From assembly GCA_964016885.1 (NCBI GenBank), contig OZ024741.1, positions 400,954,001-401,018,000 on the forward strand: 64,000 nt of DNA, given 5' to 3'. Below are positions 26,634 through 38,600 of this stretch, in pieces. This DNA comes from Eledone cirrhosa. Its lineage: Eukaryota. Under the pieces are notes generated by a model, which saw only the letters and a list, made by a program, of their open reading frames with translations, was not told the origin of the DNA and made no database searches. The stretch's first letter is position 1. Each line of letters opens with the position of its first letter. The translations under genes were made by a program, and so were the position numbers.

Positions 26634-27062
26634 GTTTTGCTTATTCTCAGGGTTTAAGTGAATCAATTCTTGGAATTCTTATGGCTTGTGGGGCCTTGAT
26701 TGGGGTTTCTTCAACATTTGTTTACCCAAAAATAAAAAGAAGAATCGGTTTATCAAGAACTGGTCTAATAAGTTTTTCATTGGAGATATTTTGTTTGACA
26801 TTTTGTTTGATGTCAATTATTGCTCCCGGAAACCCTTATAAATTTGTGAAGTACCCACATTTAATACAAGAGAGCAGTCCCTTACAAAATGACACTTTAA
26901 CTTCAACTGTCAACTATAACACCACCAGCTTCAGTAGCAGTGAATTCTCAACTTCTTCAAATTTTACAACAACATTTACTGAACATGAAACTACAAAGAA
27001 AAGATTTTCTTCTTATATCTCCATTGGTTTATTGCTGGGTGGAATCATTACTGCTCGCTTTG
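26634..27062 (+). CDS. SLC40A1: Ferroportin homolog, coding exon
   Basis: ttcag acceptor, gtaagt donor. FAYSQGLSESILGILM...IGLSRTGLIS...APGNP...GIITARFG. Confidence 0.95.
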
Positions 27063-28136
27063 GTAAGTTGGTTTCATTGTCTTTCGTCTTCTATTTTGTA
27101 ATTTAGATTTAGACAGGTGAGTGGTTCTGTAACTCATTGGTTTTTATCTGGAGCAAGACAACTTGGTAGAACTAACCCTTCTACAAAGAAAGGAATCAGT
27201 CGACAAGATGAAATGGGGTAGAATGGAGTGGAGCTCTGCATCTGGCATACAGCCATAGAAAACCTGCCAAACATAGTGTTGGACAGACTCTTTAGCGGTG
27301 TCATCCTCCGCACTGTTGGTACCACAATAAAAGGTACTTGATAGAACACAGGAACTTAAGTAATGCAAAATGCAGCCCCTTCCTCCCAGTCAATCTGAAC
27401 ACTTATCAGAGTGTAGAAATGTATGGAAGATACAAACCCCTGGACTGTCAGAGAGCTCAGTTGCTTTGCCTGAGTACTGATTTTGTCTATGATGATCTGT
27501 TCATCTCTTGCTGGCAGGGAAAACAATGATGGATATATATATATATATCATCATATATATGTGTGTGTGTGTGTGTGTGTGCATATTGATTCCAGAGTTT
27601 GGTGTCATCTCTACCGATCAAACCTTGAGCTGATCGATCACAAAACACAAGTTGCATGTGAATAAACATAATGATGTTATATAGATACTTTATTCCTCCT
27701 CCTCATTATTATTATTACTATTGGTGGATTGGCAGTATCGGTAGAGGGTCGGACGCCATGCTTTGCAACAAAGAGTTACGGCCCTTTATGGTCTGAGTTC
27801 AAATCCCGCCAAGGTTAACTTTGCCTTTCATCCTTACGGGGGTCGATAAAATAAAGTACCAGTAATACACTGGGGTCGATTTAATCAACTTTCTCCTCCC
27901 CCAAAATTGCTGGCCCTGTGCCTATATAAGAAACCATTATTTTGGCAGTATCATCAGACACCATGCATATAGTTAGATTCCCCTTACATTCTGAGTTCAA
28001 ATCCCACCAAGATTAGCTTTACCTTTTATTCTTAACGGGTCGATAGAATAAAACACCAGTAATGCACTGGGGTTGATTTAAGTAACTCCCCCTCCCCAAT
28101 TGTTGGCCATGTGCCTAAATTAAAAACCATTATTAA

Positions 28137-28347
28137 CCCTTTAGCATTTAAAACAGCCAGAACTCCTTCACCTCTTTCTGTTCAAACCTGCTGTAACTGG
28201 CCACTCATACTGACGTAGAGATATTGTTCTCAAAATAAATGACATCAAAATCTTGTAGATTCGATTTTAAGTGAGATAATTATGTGAAGTAAAACCTTTA
28301 CCACAAAAATACAACAGTATATATAGAGTAATGTAAATGGTAAAGGG
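28137..28347 (-). mobile_element. piggyBac-type MITE, inverted copy
   Basis: TTAA-CCCTTTAGC...TAAAGGG-TTAA. Confidence 0.83.
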
Positions 28348-28648
28348 TTAAGGGAGTAATTAACAAATATACTGAAGATATATATACATATATACACAAG
28401 TATAGACATACATACAAGGGAGTCCAACAGACACCAATTTTGCTCGATAAAGGAATTAATAAGAATCAATTATTCAGAGTATGTCAGTGTGAATGGACAT
28501 TAAATGGTGATGATGAGAGAGAGAGAGAGAGATGTGTGTATGTGTATAAAAGATGTTCAGGCTAACAAATACATTAGTCCTCCATTTTGAAACATTTAAC
28601 ACTATTTCTGTTTCTTTATATTTATCAACTTTTCTTTCTTCTGTTCAG

Positions 28649-28929
28649 GATTATGGTCTGCAGACTTGACAGTGACTCAGGTCTTTATGGAAAATATCAA
28701 TGAATCTGAACGTGGGGTTGTAAATGGAGTTCAAAATTCTATGAATATGCTTATGAACATGTTGAAATATTTATTAGTTATTTTTATATCAGAAACATCT
28801 GACTTTTATATTCTCATCATTATCTCTTATATGTTTATTTGTTTTGGTGGAATGAGCTTTGCAAGATATTCTTTCCGTACTCGGGGCCATTTATTTCATT
28901 TTAAAAAAATGTGTTCATGTTCGAAATAG
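28649..28929 (+). CDS. SLC40A1: Ferroportin homolog, terminal coding exon
   Basis: ttcag acceptor. LWSADLTVTQVFMENINESERGVVNGVQNSMN matches human GLWSFDLTVTQ...ESERGIINGVQNSMN. TAG at 28927-28929. Confidence 0.96.
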
Positions 28930-29056
28930 TATTTGTTACTTTAGACTCATTTACATAAAAACATCCTCTTTATATTTTTACCATTGAAAGCAATATCAAC
29001 AAAACCTCTCTCTCTATATACATATATATAAGACAAGAGTCGGGACCCCGATGGCA

Positions 29057-29120
29057 GAGCTCAAGCCGTTTCGACAGCTATTTCTGGACTCAGAAATAGC
29101 TGTCGAAACGGCTTGAGCTC
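29057..29120. repeat. Perfect inverted repeat: 30-bp stem, 4-nt loop
   Basis: GAGCTCAAGCCGTTTCGACAGCTATTTCTG-GACT-CAGAAATAGCTGTCGAAACGGCTTGAGCTC. Confidence 0.95.
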
Positions 29121-29360
29121 GGTCCTGAGCCTTTTCCTATTACCCACTCTACTACCCTAAGTATTGAGTACTCTGGTGCGTTATGGTCCACCTGATTCCT
29201 TACCACACCTCCTTCGTTATGAATATATATATTCTTTTTTATTTTACTCCTGAGGAGGTAGTCCTGCTCAGCAGGTGATGCTGGCCTCTGTCTGTGGCAA
29301 TAACTTCGCCATTTTGCCCACTGTGCACAGCTGAAACATCACTCTGACCTAGGTGTAGAG

Positions 29361-29740
29361 CAGGCATGGGCAACCTTTTTCGATCAGTGGGCCACAGAGG
29401 ATGTGGCTTATCATATGGCGGGCCGCACTACTAAAACGATTTCAAGGCAATTTTGGAATTAGGTGTGCCATTCAGAAAGCCAAATGGGCCGCATGTGGCT
29501 TGAGTGTGTGTGTGTGTGACAGCTCACACCTATGTGTGTGTGTATGTGTGTGAGACAGCTCACACCGATGTGTGTGTGTGACAACTCACACCTATGTGTG
29601 TGTGTGTATGACAGCTCACACCTATGTGTATGTGTGTGTGACAGCTCATCCCGATGTGTGTGTGTGACAGCTCACACTTATGTGTGTGTGTGTGACAGCT
29701 CACACCTATGTGTGTGTGACAGCTCACACCCATGCAGGTT
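29361..29740. mobile_element. Probable hAT-type MITE containing a (GT)n-GACAGCTCACACCTA minisatellite
   Basis: Left end CAGGCATGGGCAACC with GGGCCGCA subterminal motifs; degenerate CCCATGC near 29730; minisatellite at 29504-29730. Confidence 0.5.
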
Positions 29741-30887
29741 TAGCTGGCCCCCTCCAAGGTATATCTCGTTGGATGATTTAATGATAGAGACCCCAGTCCT
29801 ATCATCTCATTTCTACAGCTGAGTAAACTGGAGCAACGTGAAATAAAGTGTCTTGCTCAAGGAAACAACACATCACCCGGTTCGAGAAATGTAACTCACA
29901 ACCTTTCAATTGCAAGCCCAATGCTCTAACTACTAAGCCATGCGCCTTCACTGGCTTGAGGGCCTTGTTTGTCCATGACTGGTGTAGAGTTTGTCACCCT
30001 CTCCTCTTCTCTCTTTTGTTGCTTAATAATCTTTGCCCTTTTCTTCCTTTTCCTCTCTTTTGTTTTTTTTTGTTTTTTATTAATTACTTCTATCAATAAA
30101 AGTTTGTCATTATGAAGGTAGGAAAAGGGTGGTGGGTTGGTAGAACCAGTAGAACATTGGACATCATGCTTCATGGCACAGTGTTATGGTCCTTTAAGTT
30201 CTCAGTTGAAATACCACCAAGGTTAGCTTTGCCTTTCATCCTTACCGGATTGATAAAATAAAGTACCAGAAATGCACTGGGGATCGATTTAATAGACTTC
30301 CCCTCCTCCAAAACTGCTGGCCTTGTGCCTAAAACAGAAACCATTATTGATTATTATTAATTATATCCTTACAGGGTCGATAAAATAAAGTACCAGTAAT
30401 GTACTGGGTAATTTGCTGACCTTGTGCCAATAGTAGAAACAATTAATTATATTCCATTAGAGGCGGTGGATTGGCAGTATCGGTAGAGGGTCGAACGCCA
30501 TGCTTTGCAGCATAGAGTTACGGCCCTTTATGGTCTAAGTTCAAATCCCGCTGAGGTTAACTTTGCCTTTCATCCATATGGGGTTGATAAAATAAAGTAC
30601 CAGTAATACACTGGAATAATTGCTGGCCTTGTGCCAAAAGTAGAAACAATTAATTATATTCCATTAAATGAAGTATTAATTACATAATATGAATATTTTA
30701 TCTGCATTTTTTGTTTTTAATACTAATTAAAATTGTGGCCTTAATCAGTTCCCTTGGGGAGTGTTGTTCCCCTGGGGAGTGTTGTAGAAATATTGCTCAA
30801 ATTTTCATGAATATCATCTTACAACATGTGTAATATATAGTTTTGAGAGATAATGGCATTATTTTGCTTTTTCATTTTCTTCTATTA

Positions 30888-31130
30888 TCCACCCATCCCT
30901 ACATCCACCCATGCAACCAACCATCCAACCATTCATTCCTACTTCCATCCAACCATCCACCCACCCATCCATCCCTTCATCTAACCAACCAACCATCCAC
31001 CCAGCCATCCACCCATCCAACCACCCAACCACCCAACCATCCCTTCATCCACCCATCCACCCACCCCTTCATCCACCCACCCATCCACCTGACCACCTGA
31101 CCACCCATCCATCCCTTCATCCATTCATCT
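30888..31130. repeat. (CCAT/CCAC/CCAA)n compound microsatellite
   Basis: Direct reading. Confidence 0.9.
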
Positions 31131-31213
31131 GAAACTTCAGTGCCTTATGGTTCTTGAATTATGTTCTCTCTGTCTTGTCCTTCCCTCTTCTCAACAACCC
31201 CATTTATTTTCAG

Positions 31214-31410
31214 GTCGCTCATACTGATGTTAAGGTATTGTTCTCAAAATAAATTTATTTTCAGGTCGCTCATACTGATGTTAAGGTATTGTTCTCAAAA
31301 TAAATACTTTCAAAATCTCATAGATTCGATATTATGAGATAATTATGTGAGGTAAAGTGTTTACCATGAAAATATAATAGTAAATATAGAGTAATGTAAA
31401 TGGTAAAGGG
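31214..31410 (-). mobile_element. piggyBac-type MITE, partial, with a ~48-bp local tandem duplication
   Basis: Right end AAAGGG-TTAA; atttattttcaggtcgctcatactgatg... is duplicated. Confidence 0.72.
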
Positions 31411-31782
31411 TTAATATATCGTTATACTTATACATGACATATATATATTAGAAAGGGGAAGTAAGGTTCTATACAAAACAGTGGATATAGAGAAAAGGGT
31501 GAAGTTGGAAATAGCACGGAAAATATATTTAAGGGTCTGTTTTTCTTTTTTTATCGTTTCCTTGATTTTTCAAAGTGACATTGAAAAGATGACATTATTG
31601 AAAAAATGAGAGGGACAATTCTTTTAAAAGAAGTTTTATAATGTATATAAAGTATATAAAATATTACTGGTTTCGATGTATTATTCGCCGAGGTTAACTT
31701 TGCCTTTCATCCTTACGGGGTCGATAAATTAAAGTACCCGTAATGTACTGGGTAATTGCTGGCCTTGTGCCCAAAGTAGAAA

Positions 31783-32825
31783 CATCATCATCATCGTTTA
31801 ACGTCCATCTTCCACGCTAGCATGGGTTTGGACGGGAGGTTTCCCACTTGAGGCAAGATTTGTTGTCCTGCTCGTATAGGACTGTCTGGCGGGTTTTCTA
31901 CGGCTGGATGCCCTTCCTAACACCAACCACGTTTACAGTGTGGACTGGGAGGTTTTTACCGTGTTACCTACATGGCCACATTACAGCGTGGACTGTGTGT
32001 TTTTTTTGTCGTGACACCTACACGACCTCATTTGTTTCGGACTGGATGTTGTGGTACCAACATAACTTTCACATTTAAGGGGGTGGTGTGGATGGGGTGG
32101 GGGTAGTGGGACGGGGGGGGGGGGGGGGGGGGTATTTTGTTAGAGGTGCCTACTGACTGTAGTAGGTTTTACTTTGTATTTAGGTAAGGCGGGTCTTCTC
32201 TATTACTGAGTACCGCCAAAGATCTCGGTCCGGTGACATTGTCTTGGAGAGGTGTAAGTGTGTGAGGTCGGAATTTATCAAGTCGTCCCAGGTTTTTCTG
32301 GGTCTGCCTATTCCGTGGCTACCGTCTATTTTTATCGCCCTGCACTTTTTTATACAGCTGTCGTCTTTCATGCGCATCATGTGACCGTATCAACGTAGTC
32401 TTCTCTCAAGTAAACAACATCTGATCCCTCTTATTCCTAATTTCTCCCTTAGTTCGTTTATGCTTTGCCGTTCACGTATATTACTATTACACATCCAGCG
32501 GAGCGTGCAAGCTTCATTTCTCTCCAGTCTGCGTATATCCTCTGCACACAATGCCCAAGTCTCACTGCCATGTAACATTGCTGTTCGTATGCAGGCATCA
32601 TACAGCCTGCCTTTCATTTTTAGGGAGAACCCTTTAGCGGCCAATAGTGGTATAAGCTCTCTGAACTTTTTCCATCCCGTTCTGACTCTAGCTACTGTAC
32701 TTTCAGAGCACCCTCCCCCACTGCTGATTTTGTCACCCAGGTAACGGAAGGTGTCCACTATTTCTATAGAACCATCTGTGCAATGGAATGAGCTAGTATT
32801 ATGTGGGCACTTGCTGCTACTTATT
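31783..32825 (-). mobile_element. 5'-truncated RTE LINE (RT C-terminus and 3' UTR)
   Basis: FRYLG...ARVRTGWKKFREL...ERRLR*YGH...GRPRKTW; (GAT)n tail; close relative of the 53407 copy with one nonsense codon. Confidence 0.93.
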
Positions 32826-33004
32826 AAAATTCATCTTATCAAATGTTGAGTATTGAAATAAAAAATTAAAAAGAATTAATAGGAGTTAAAAAGTAAAAAT
32901 TAAAGATTTAAAATTAAAATCAAATGGAGTATGTTTTTTTCCCTTTCGAAAAAACTTACTCCAACATTTGATTTTAATTTTAAATCTTTTAAAACTTCAC
33001 CTTT

Positions 33005-33056
<52 letters not shown>

Positions 33057-33269
33057 ACCATCATCATCCTCATTATCATTATGATTATTATTATTACTAT
33101 ATTATTTACACTGATGATTTTATTAAGACTGGATCATTTAATTGACTCCCTATATTAAGTTATGTACTTTCTACAGGATGTTTGCTGTTCCCAAAAGTGT
33201 TGTTTATGGAATAACTTCAAATGCTCACAGCTTTCAGCCAATCTGGCAACACGATCAGTAGCAATTCCC

Positions 33270-34030
33270 TCCTAGCTTTCTTCTATAGAGGTTTAGTGGC
33301 AGGTAAAAATGACGAGGTTCTTAGGGAGACTCTAGCGGCTGATGAAAATCAACTAGCTATTCTTTTCCAGAGGACTTTCAGTCCAGGGCCCATGGATAAA
33401 CTCCACAAATCCCTGACCTGGTAGTGCTACCCAGAAGCTTTGTTAGTTTGAGATAAACTCTACAAGCATGGAAGTGCCATCAGTCGGGCTTGCCTGAGAT
33501 ACACCCAGGATGATAAAACTGTCCTACATGCACTTGTTGAGTGTCCAAGCATTACTGACTTATGGGTTTATGTCGAACATCTGTAATATTTGGGACGTAT
33601 CCAACTATCAACTGGATCCATTGTGAAGACTACTCCACCATCTTCCTGTAGAGGAGAAGGACAGGCAGTTTTTATCAGGAGAGGAAAATGCTGCCTTCCA
33701 ACCAGTTTATTGAAAGGTGGGTGAGAGAGGCGAGCATGGTCCGAGTGAATGGACTTGTTCTGAGTATGTGCCTGTAAATTGGAGGAGGAAAACTGGGAGA
33801 GCACTTGCCCTGGAGGTCAGGGTAATCGTGGATTTTTGTGGGTTTTCTCCGAGTGACATTTGTAAGTATCCCCACTTTTGGAGAATTTGTTATTTTGATG
33901 TTTTAAATATTTATTTTTCAGTCTTTATAAACCTTTCTCTCTCACATAAAAACCTACACTGTCCTGTCCTGTACCATCTTAATGTAAGCCCTGTGTGGCT
34001 AATAAAGAAACCATTATCATTATTATTATT
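33270..34030 (+). mobile_element. Degenerate L1/Tx1-like LINE 3' end
   Basis: ...ACLRYTQDDKTVLHALVECPSITDLW resembles the CCHC zf-RVT motif; ends AATAAA plus (ATT)n. Confidence 0.6.
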
Positions 34031-34499
34031 TACTCAGCATTTCTGCCAATATTTGGATTGCTAGATAAGTCATCTCCTGCAGTTTTAGGTATAAGGCCAT
34101 TTACTTACGATTCTTGCTGTGCCAAGCAAACAAACTTTCTGTAGACTCAGGAAATTCATGTTTATATACAGCAAACTTTGCCTTTCAACCTTACGGCATC
34201 GATAAAATAAAGCATTAATTACCAGTAATGCACTGAGGTGGATTTAATCGACTTTCTGCTGCCCCAAAATTGCTAGACTTGTGCATTATATCATTATAAT
34301 TATGATTATTTTCATACCATTGTTGACATCAAATTTTGGGGTAAAAATTGCATCTTACACAATTAAAAAATAAAATACTTTTTTTAAAACATTTTAATTT
34401 TGATTAAATTTTATCTTTTTTTCTTATTTTTTGTATTAAATTGCTATATTTTCCATACATCTTTACTATGTTTTTGTTGTCTTTGCATGAATGTATAAT

Positions 34500-34622
34500 A
34501 ACAAGTTTCCATACATTGTTCACTTTCCTGACATTTGTACATTATTCTATGTACTATATATCATCTTTGATGAGTTGTAGTACACCTGAGCACTGTACAC
34601 AATTTTCATTATTATTATTATA
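34500..34622 (+). mobile_element. CR1/L2-type LINE 3' tail fragment
   Basis: Reverse complement of 20695-20800, ending in (TTA)n. Confidence 0.75.
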
Positions 34623-35080
34623 TATACTAAGTTGTTGAAAAGTTTAAGTAAAAGAGAGCCAGTAGATTGGTAAAGTTGTGAGAAGATCAGATAGAATGTT
34701 CTGTAGTATTCCGGTTGTCTGCTCTCTCAGTTCAAATCCCACAGGTAAAATTTGCCTTTCATTTTTTCAAGGTTGATAAAAAATATACCAGTCTTGTACT
34801 GGGGTTGATTCTTCCTCTATATCTCTTTCTAACTTCCTCTCTTTCCATCTCTGGAAGAATGAGATATAAATAGTTAGAAGAGGAAGGAATGGCAAACATT
34901 TTTTGAGAAAAACATGTGTGTATTGCCATTGTGTCTGTGTATATACCACCATCGTTGATATATAACTATTTATAATGTCACCAAGAAAAGTCAAACATCA
35001 CACACACATATATAGAGAGATAGAACACTGGAAGGTAATATCCGTAGTGGTAGAGCACTCAGTCCATGGGACGAGTTCGG

Positions 35081-35203
35081 TAGAAGTAGTAACACAACAG
35101 TTAGTTCACCATACCGAGAACAGTTGTTTCACCTTAGCAGATGATCCGCTAAGATGAAACAATTGTTCTCAGTATGGTGAACTAACCATTGTGTTACTAC
35201 TTC

Positions 35204-35205
<2 letters not shown>
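35081..35205. repeat. Near-perfect 125-bp palindrome
   Basis: ~62-bp arms with about 6 mismatches and a 1-nt spacer. Confidence 0.9.
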
Positions 35206-35238
<33 letters not shown>

Positions 35239-35249
35239 ATGTATGTGTG

Positions 35250-35411
35250 CATCATCATCATCATCGTTTAATGTCTATCTTCCACGCTAGCATCGGTTAG
35301 ACGGGAGTTGTCCCACTTGAGGCAAGATTGATCGGGTGACCATGTCTCGCTCGTATAGGACTATCTGGCAGGTGTTCTACAGCAGTATGCCCTTCCTAAC
35401 ACCAACCACAC

Positions 35412-35442
<31 letters not shown>

Positions 35443-35615
35443 GTCCATACTGTAAATGTGGTTGGTGTTAGGAAGGGCATCCTGCTGTAAAAAACCTGGC
35501 AGAGACGCTTCCGTGCGAGCGAGACATGGTCACCTGACCATTCCCACATCAAATGTAACAAAACCGTCTAACCCATGCTAGCGTGGAAGATAGACATTAA
35601 ACAATGATGATGATG
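35250..35615. mobile_element. Two RTE 3'-end fragments head-to-head around (TA)n
   Basis: (CAT)n-CGTTTAATGTCTATCTTCCACGCTAGCAT... on the left; ...ATGCTAGCGTGGAAGATAGACATTAAAC-(ATG)n on the right. Confidence 0.85.
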
Positions 35616-38600
35616 TGTGTGTTTCTTTCCTGCAAAATGGCTGACTGAATACACGTGAGCTTTTTCTCAAGAAAATTTGTTTCATTTCTTCCACTTATCT
35701 CTCTATCTTTATATTTCTCATTCTACCTTCTGATGGAGGACTAGTGTCCGAAACATTAAAACTCATTTCCTACTGTAAAATGTTGATATTTTATGTGTGT
35801 AAGATTGAGCATGAGGTGTTATTGGATAATGTTATCCTTTCCATGTTTATATCTAATATATTGGAACAGACATGGCTGTGTAGTTAAGAAGTTATATTTG
35901 GACATGTGGCTTTAGGTTCAGTCATGGTATATGTCATTATGAGGTGGATTGGCAGTACCGGTAGAGTGTTAGACGGCATGCTTTGCAGCAAAGAGTTACG
36001 TCCCTTTACACTCTGAGTTCAAATCCCGCCAAGGTTAAATTTGCCATTCATCCTTACAGGGGTCGATAAAATAAAGTACCCGTAATGTACTGGGTATTTA
36101 TTGGCCTTGTGATAAAAGTAGAAACAATTATGAGGAAGTCTTCTGCCATATCATAGGGTTGATAGGGTTGTCCAGCTATTGGTTACCCATGCTGTATATA
36201 TATACAGATATATCTTTATATATATATAGGGCGGTGGATTGGCAGTATCAATAGAGGGTCGAAAGCCATGATTTGACGCATAGAGATACAGCCCTTTATG
36301 GTCTGAGTTCAAATCCCGCCCAAGTTAACTTTGCCTTTCATCCATACGGGGTCGATAAAATAAAGTACTAGTAATACACTGGAGTAATGGCTGGCCTTGT
36401 GCCAAAAGTAAAAACAATTATTTTTATATATAACTATAGAGTTGGGACATATTGTTATAATATTGCCAAAAATAGTTAAACACACTGATTGGGTAGGGTC
36501 ATATTGTTATAATATTGCGAAAAATAGTAGAACACACTCACTGTTTGGGGAGGGTCATATTGTTATAATATTGCAAAAAATAGTAAAACACACTCACTGT
36601 TTGGGGAGGGTCATATTGTTATAAAATTGCCAAAAATAGAACACACTGTTTGTGGAGGGTCATGTTGCCTAATATTGCCAAAAATAGTAAAACACACTCA
36701 CTGCTTGGGGAGGGTCATATTGTTATAATATTGCCAAAATTAGTAAAACACAATCACTGTTTGGCGAGGGTTATATTGTTATAACATTGTCAAAAATAGT
36801 AGTACACACTCACTGTTTGCGGAGGGTCATGTCCTAATATTGCCAAAAATAGTAAAACACACTCACTGTTTGCGGAGGGTATATTTGCCCTAATATTGAC
36901 AAAAATAGTAGAACATACTCAATGTTTGTGGAGGGTAATATTGTTATAATATTGCCAAAAATAGTAAAACACACTCACTGTTTGGGGAGGGTCATATTGT
37001 TATAATATTGCAAAGAATAGTAAAACACACTCACTGTTTGCGGAGGGTCATGTTGCCCTAATATTGCCAAAAGTAGTAAAACACACTCACTGTTTGGAGA
37101 GGGTCATGTTGTTATAATATTGCCAAAAATAGTAGAAAACACTCACTGTTTGCGGAGGGTCATGTTACCCTAATATTGCCAAAAATAGTAAAACACACTC
37201 ATTGTTTGGGGAGGGTCATATTGTTATAATATTGCTAAAAATTGTAAAACACACTCACTGTTTGGGGAGGGTCATATTGTTATAATATTGCCAAAAATAG
37301 TAAAACACACTCACTGTTTGTGGAGGGTCATATTGTTATAATATTGCGAAAAATAGTAAAACACATTCACTGTTTGGGGACGGTCATCTTGTTATAATAT
37401 TGCAAAAAGTTGCAAAACACACTCACTGTTTGGGGAGGGTCATGTTGTCATAATATTGCCAAAAATAGTAAAACACACTCACTGTTTGGGGAGAGTCATA
37501 TTGTTATAATATTGCGAAAAATAGTAAAACACACTCACTGTTTGGGGAGGGTCATATTGTTATAATATTGCAAAAAATAGTAAAACACACACACTGTTTG
37601 GGGAGGGTCATATTGTTATAATATTGCCAAAAATAGTAAAACACACTCACTGTTTGGGGAGGGTCATATTGTGATAATATTGCCAAAAATAGTAAAACAC
37701 ACTCACTGTTTGGATAGAGTCATATTGTTATAATATTGCCAAAAATATTAAAACACACTCACTGTTTGGGTAGAGTCATATTGTTATAATATTGCCAAAA
37801 ATATTAAAACACACTCACTGTTTGGGGAGGGTCATATTGTTATGATATTGCTAAAAATAATAAAACACACTCACTGTTTGGGGAGGGACATATTGTTATA
37901 ATATAGCCAAAAATAGTAAAACACACTCACTGTTTGGGGAGGGTCATGTTGCCCTAATATTGCCAAAAATAGTAAAACATACTCACTGTTTGGGGAGAGT
38001 CATATTGTTATAATATTGCGAAAAATAGTAAAACACACTCACTGTTTGGGGAGGGTCATATTGTTATAATATTGCCAAAAATAGTAAAGCACACTCACTG
38101 TCTGGGTAGGGTAATATTCTTATAATATTGCCAAAAAGAGTGAAACACACTCACTGTTTGGGGAGGGTCATATTGTTATTATATTGCAAAAAATAATTAA
38201 ACACACTCACTGTTTGGGGAGGGTCATATTGTTATAATATTGCCAAAAATAGTAAAACACATTCACTGTTTGGGGAGGGTCATATTGTTATAATATTGCG
38301 AAAAATAGTAAAACACAGTCATTGATTGTGGAGGATCATGTCCTAATATTACCAAAAATAGGAAAAACTCACTCACTGTTTGGGTAGGGTCATATTGTTA
38401 TAATATTGCCAAAAATAGTAAAACACTCTCACTGTTTGGGGAGGGTTATATTGTTATAATATTGCCAAAAATAGTAAAACACACTCACTGTTTGGGGAGC
38501 GTCATGTTGCCCTAATATTGTCAAAAATAGTAAAACACACTCACTGTTTGGGGAGAGTCATATTGTTATAATATTGCGAAAAATAGTAAAACACACTCAC

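Noticed and set aside
27722-27941. tRNA genes at A/B-box motifs
   Set aside because: No cloverleaf; they are heads of multi-copy SINEs.
28930-30100. Iron-responsive element in the 3' UTR
   Set aside because: No CAGUGH-loop stem with a bulged C was found by eye.
32078-32133. G-quadruplex regulatory element
   Set aside because: Part of the RTE 3' UTR (also at ~53709-53745) with a homopolymer expansion; nothing locus-specific.
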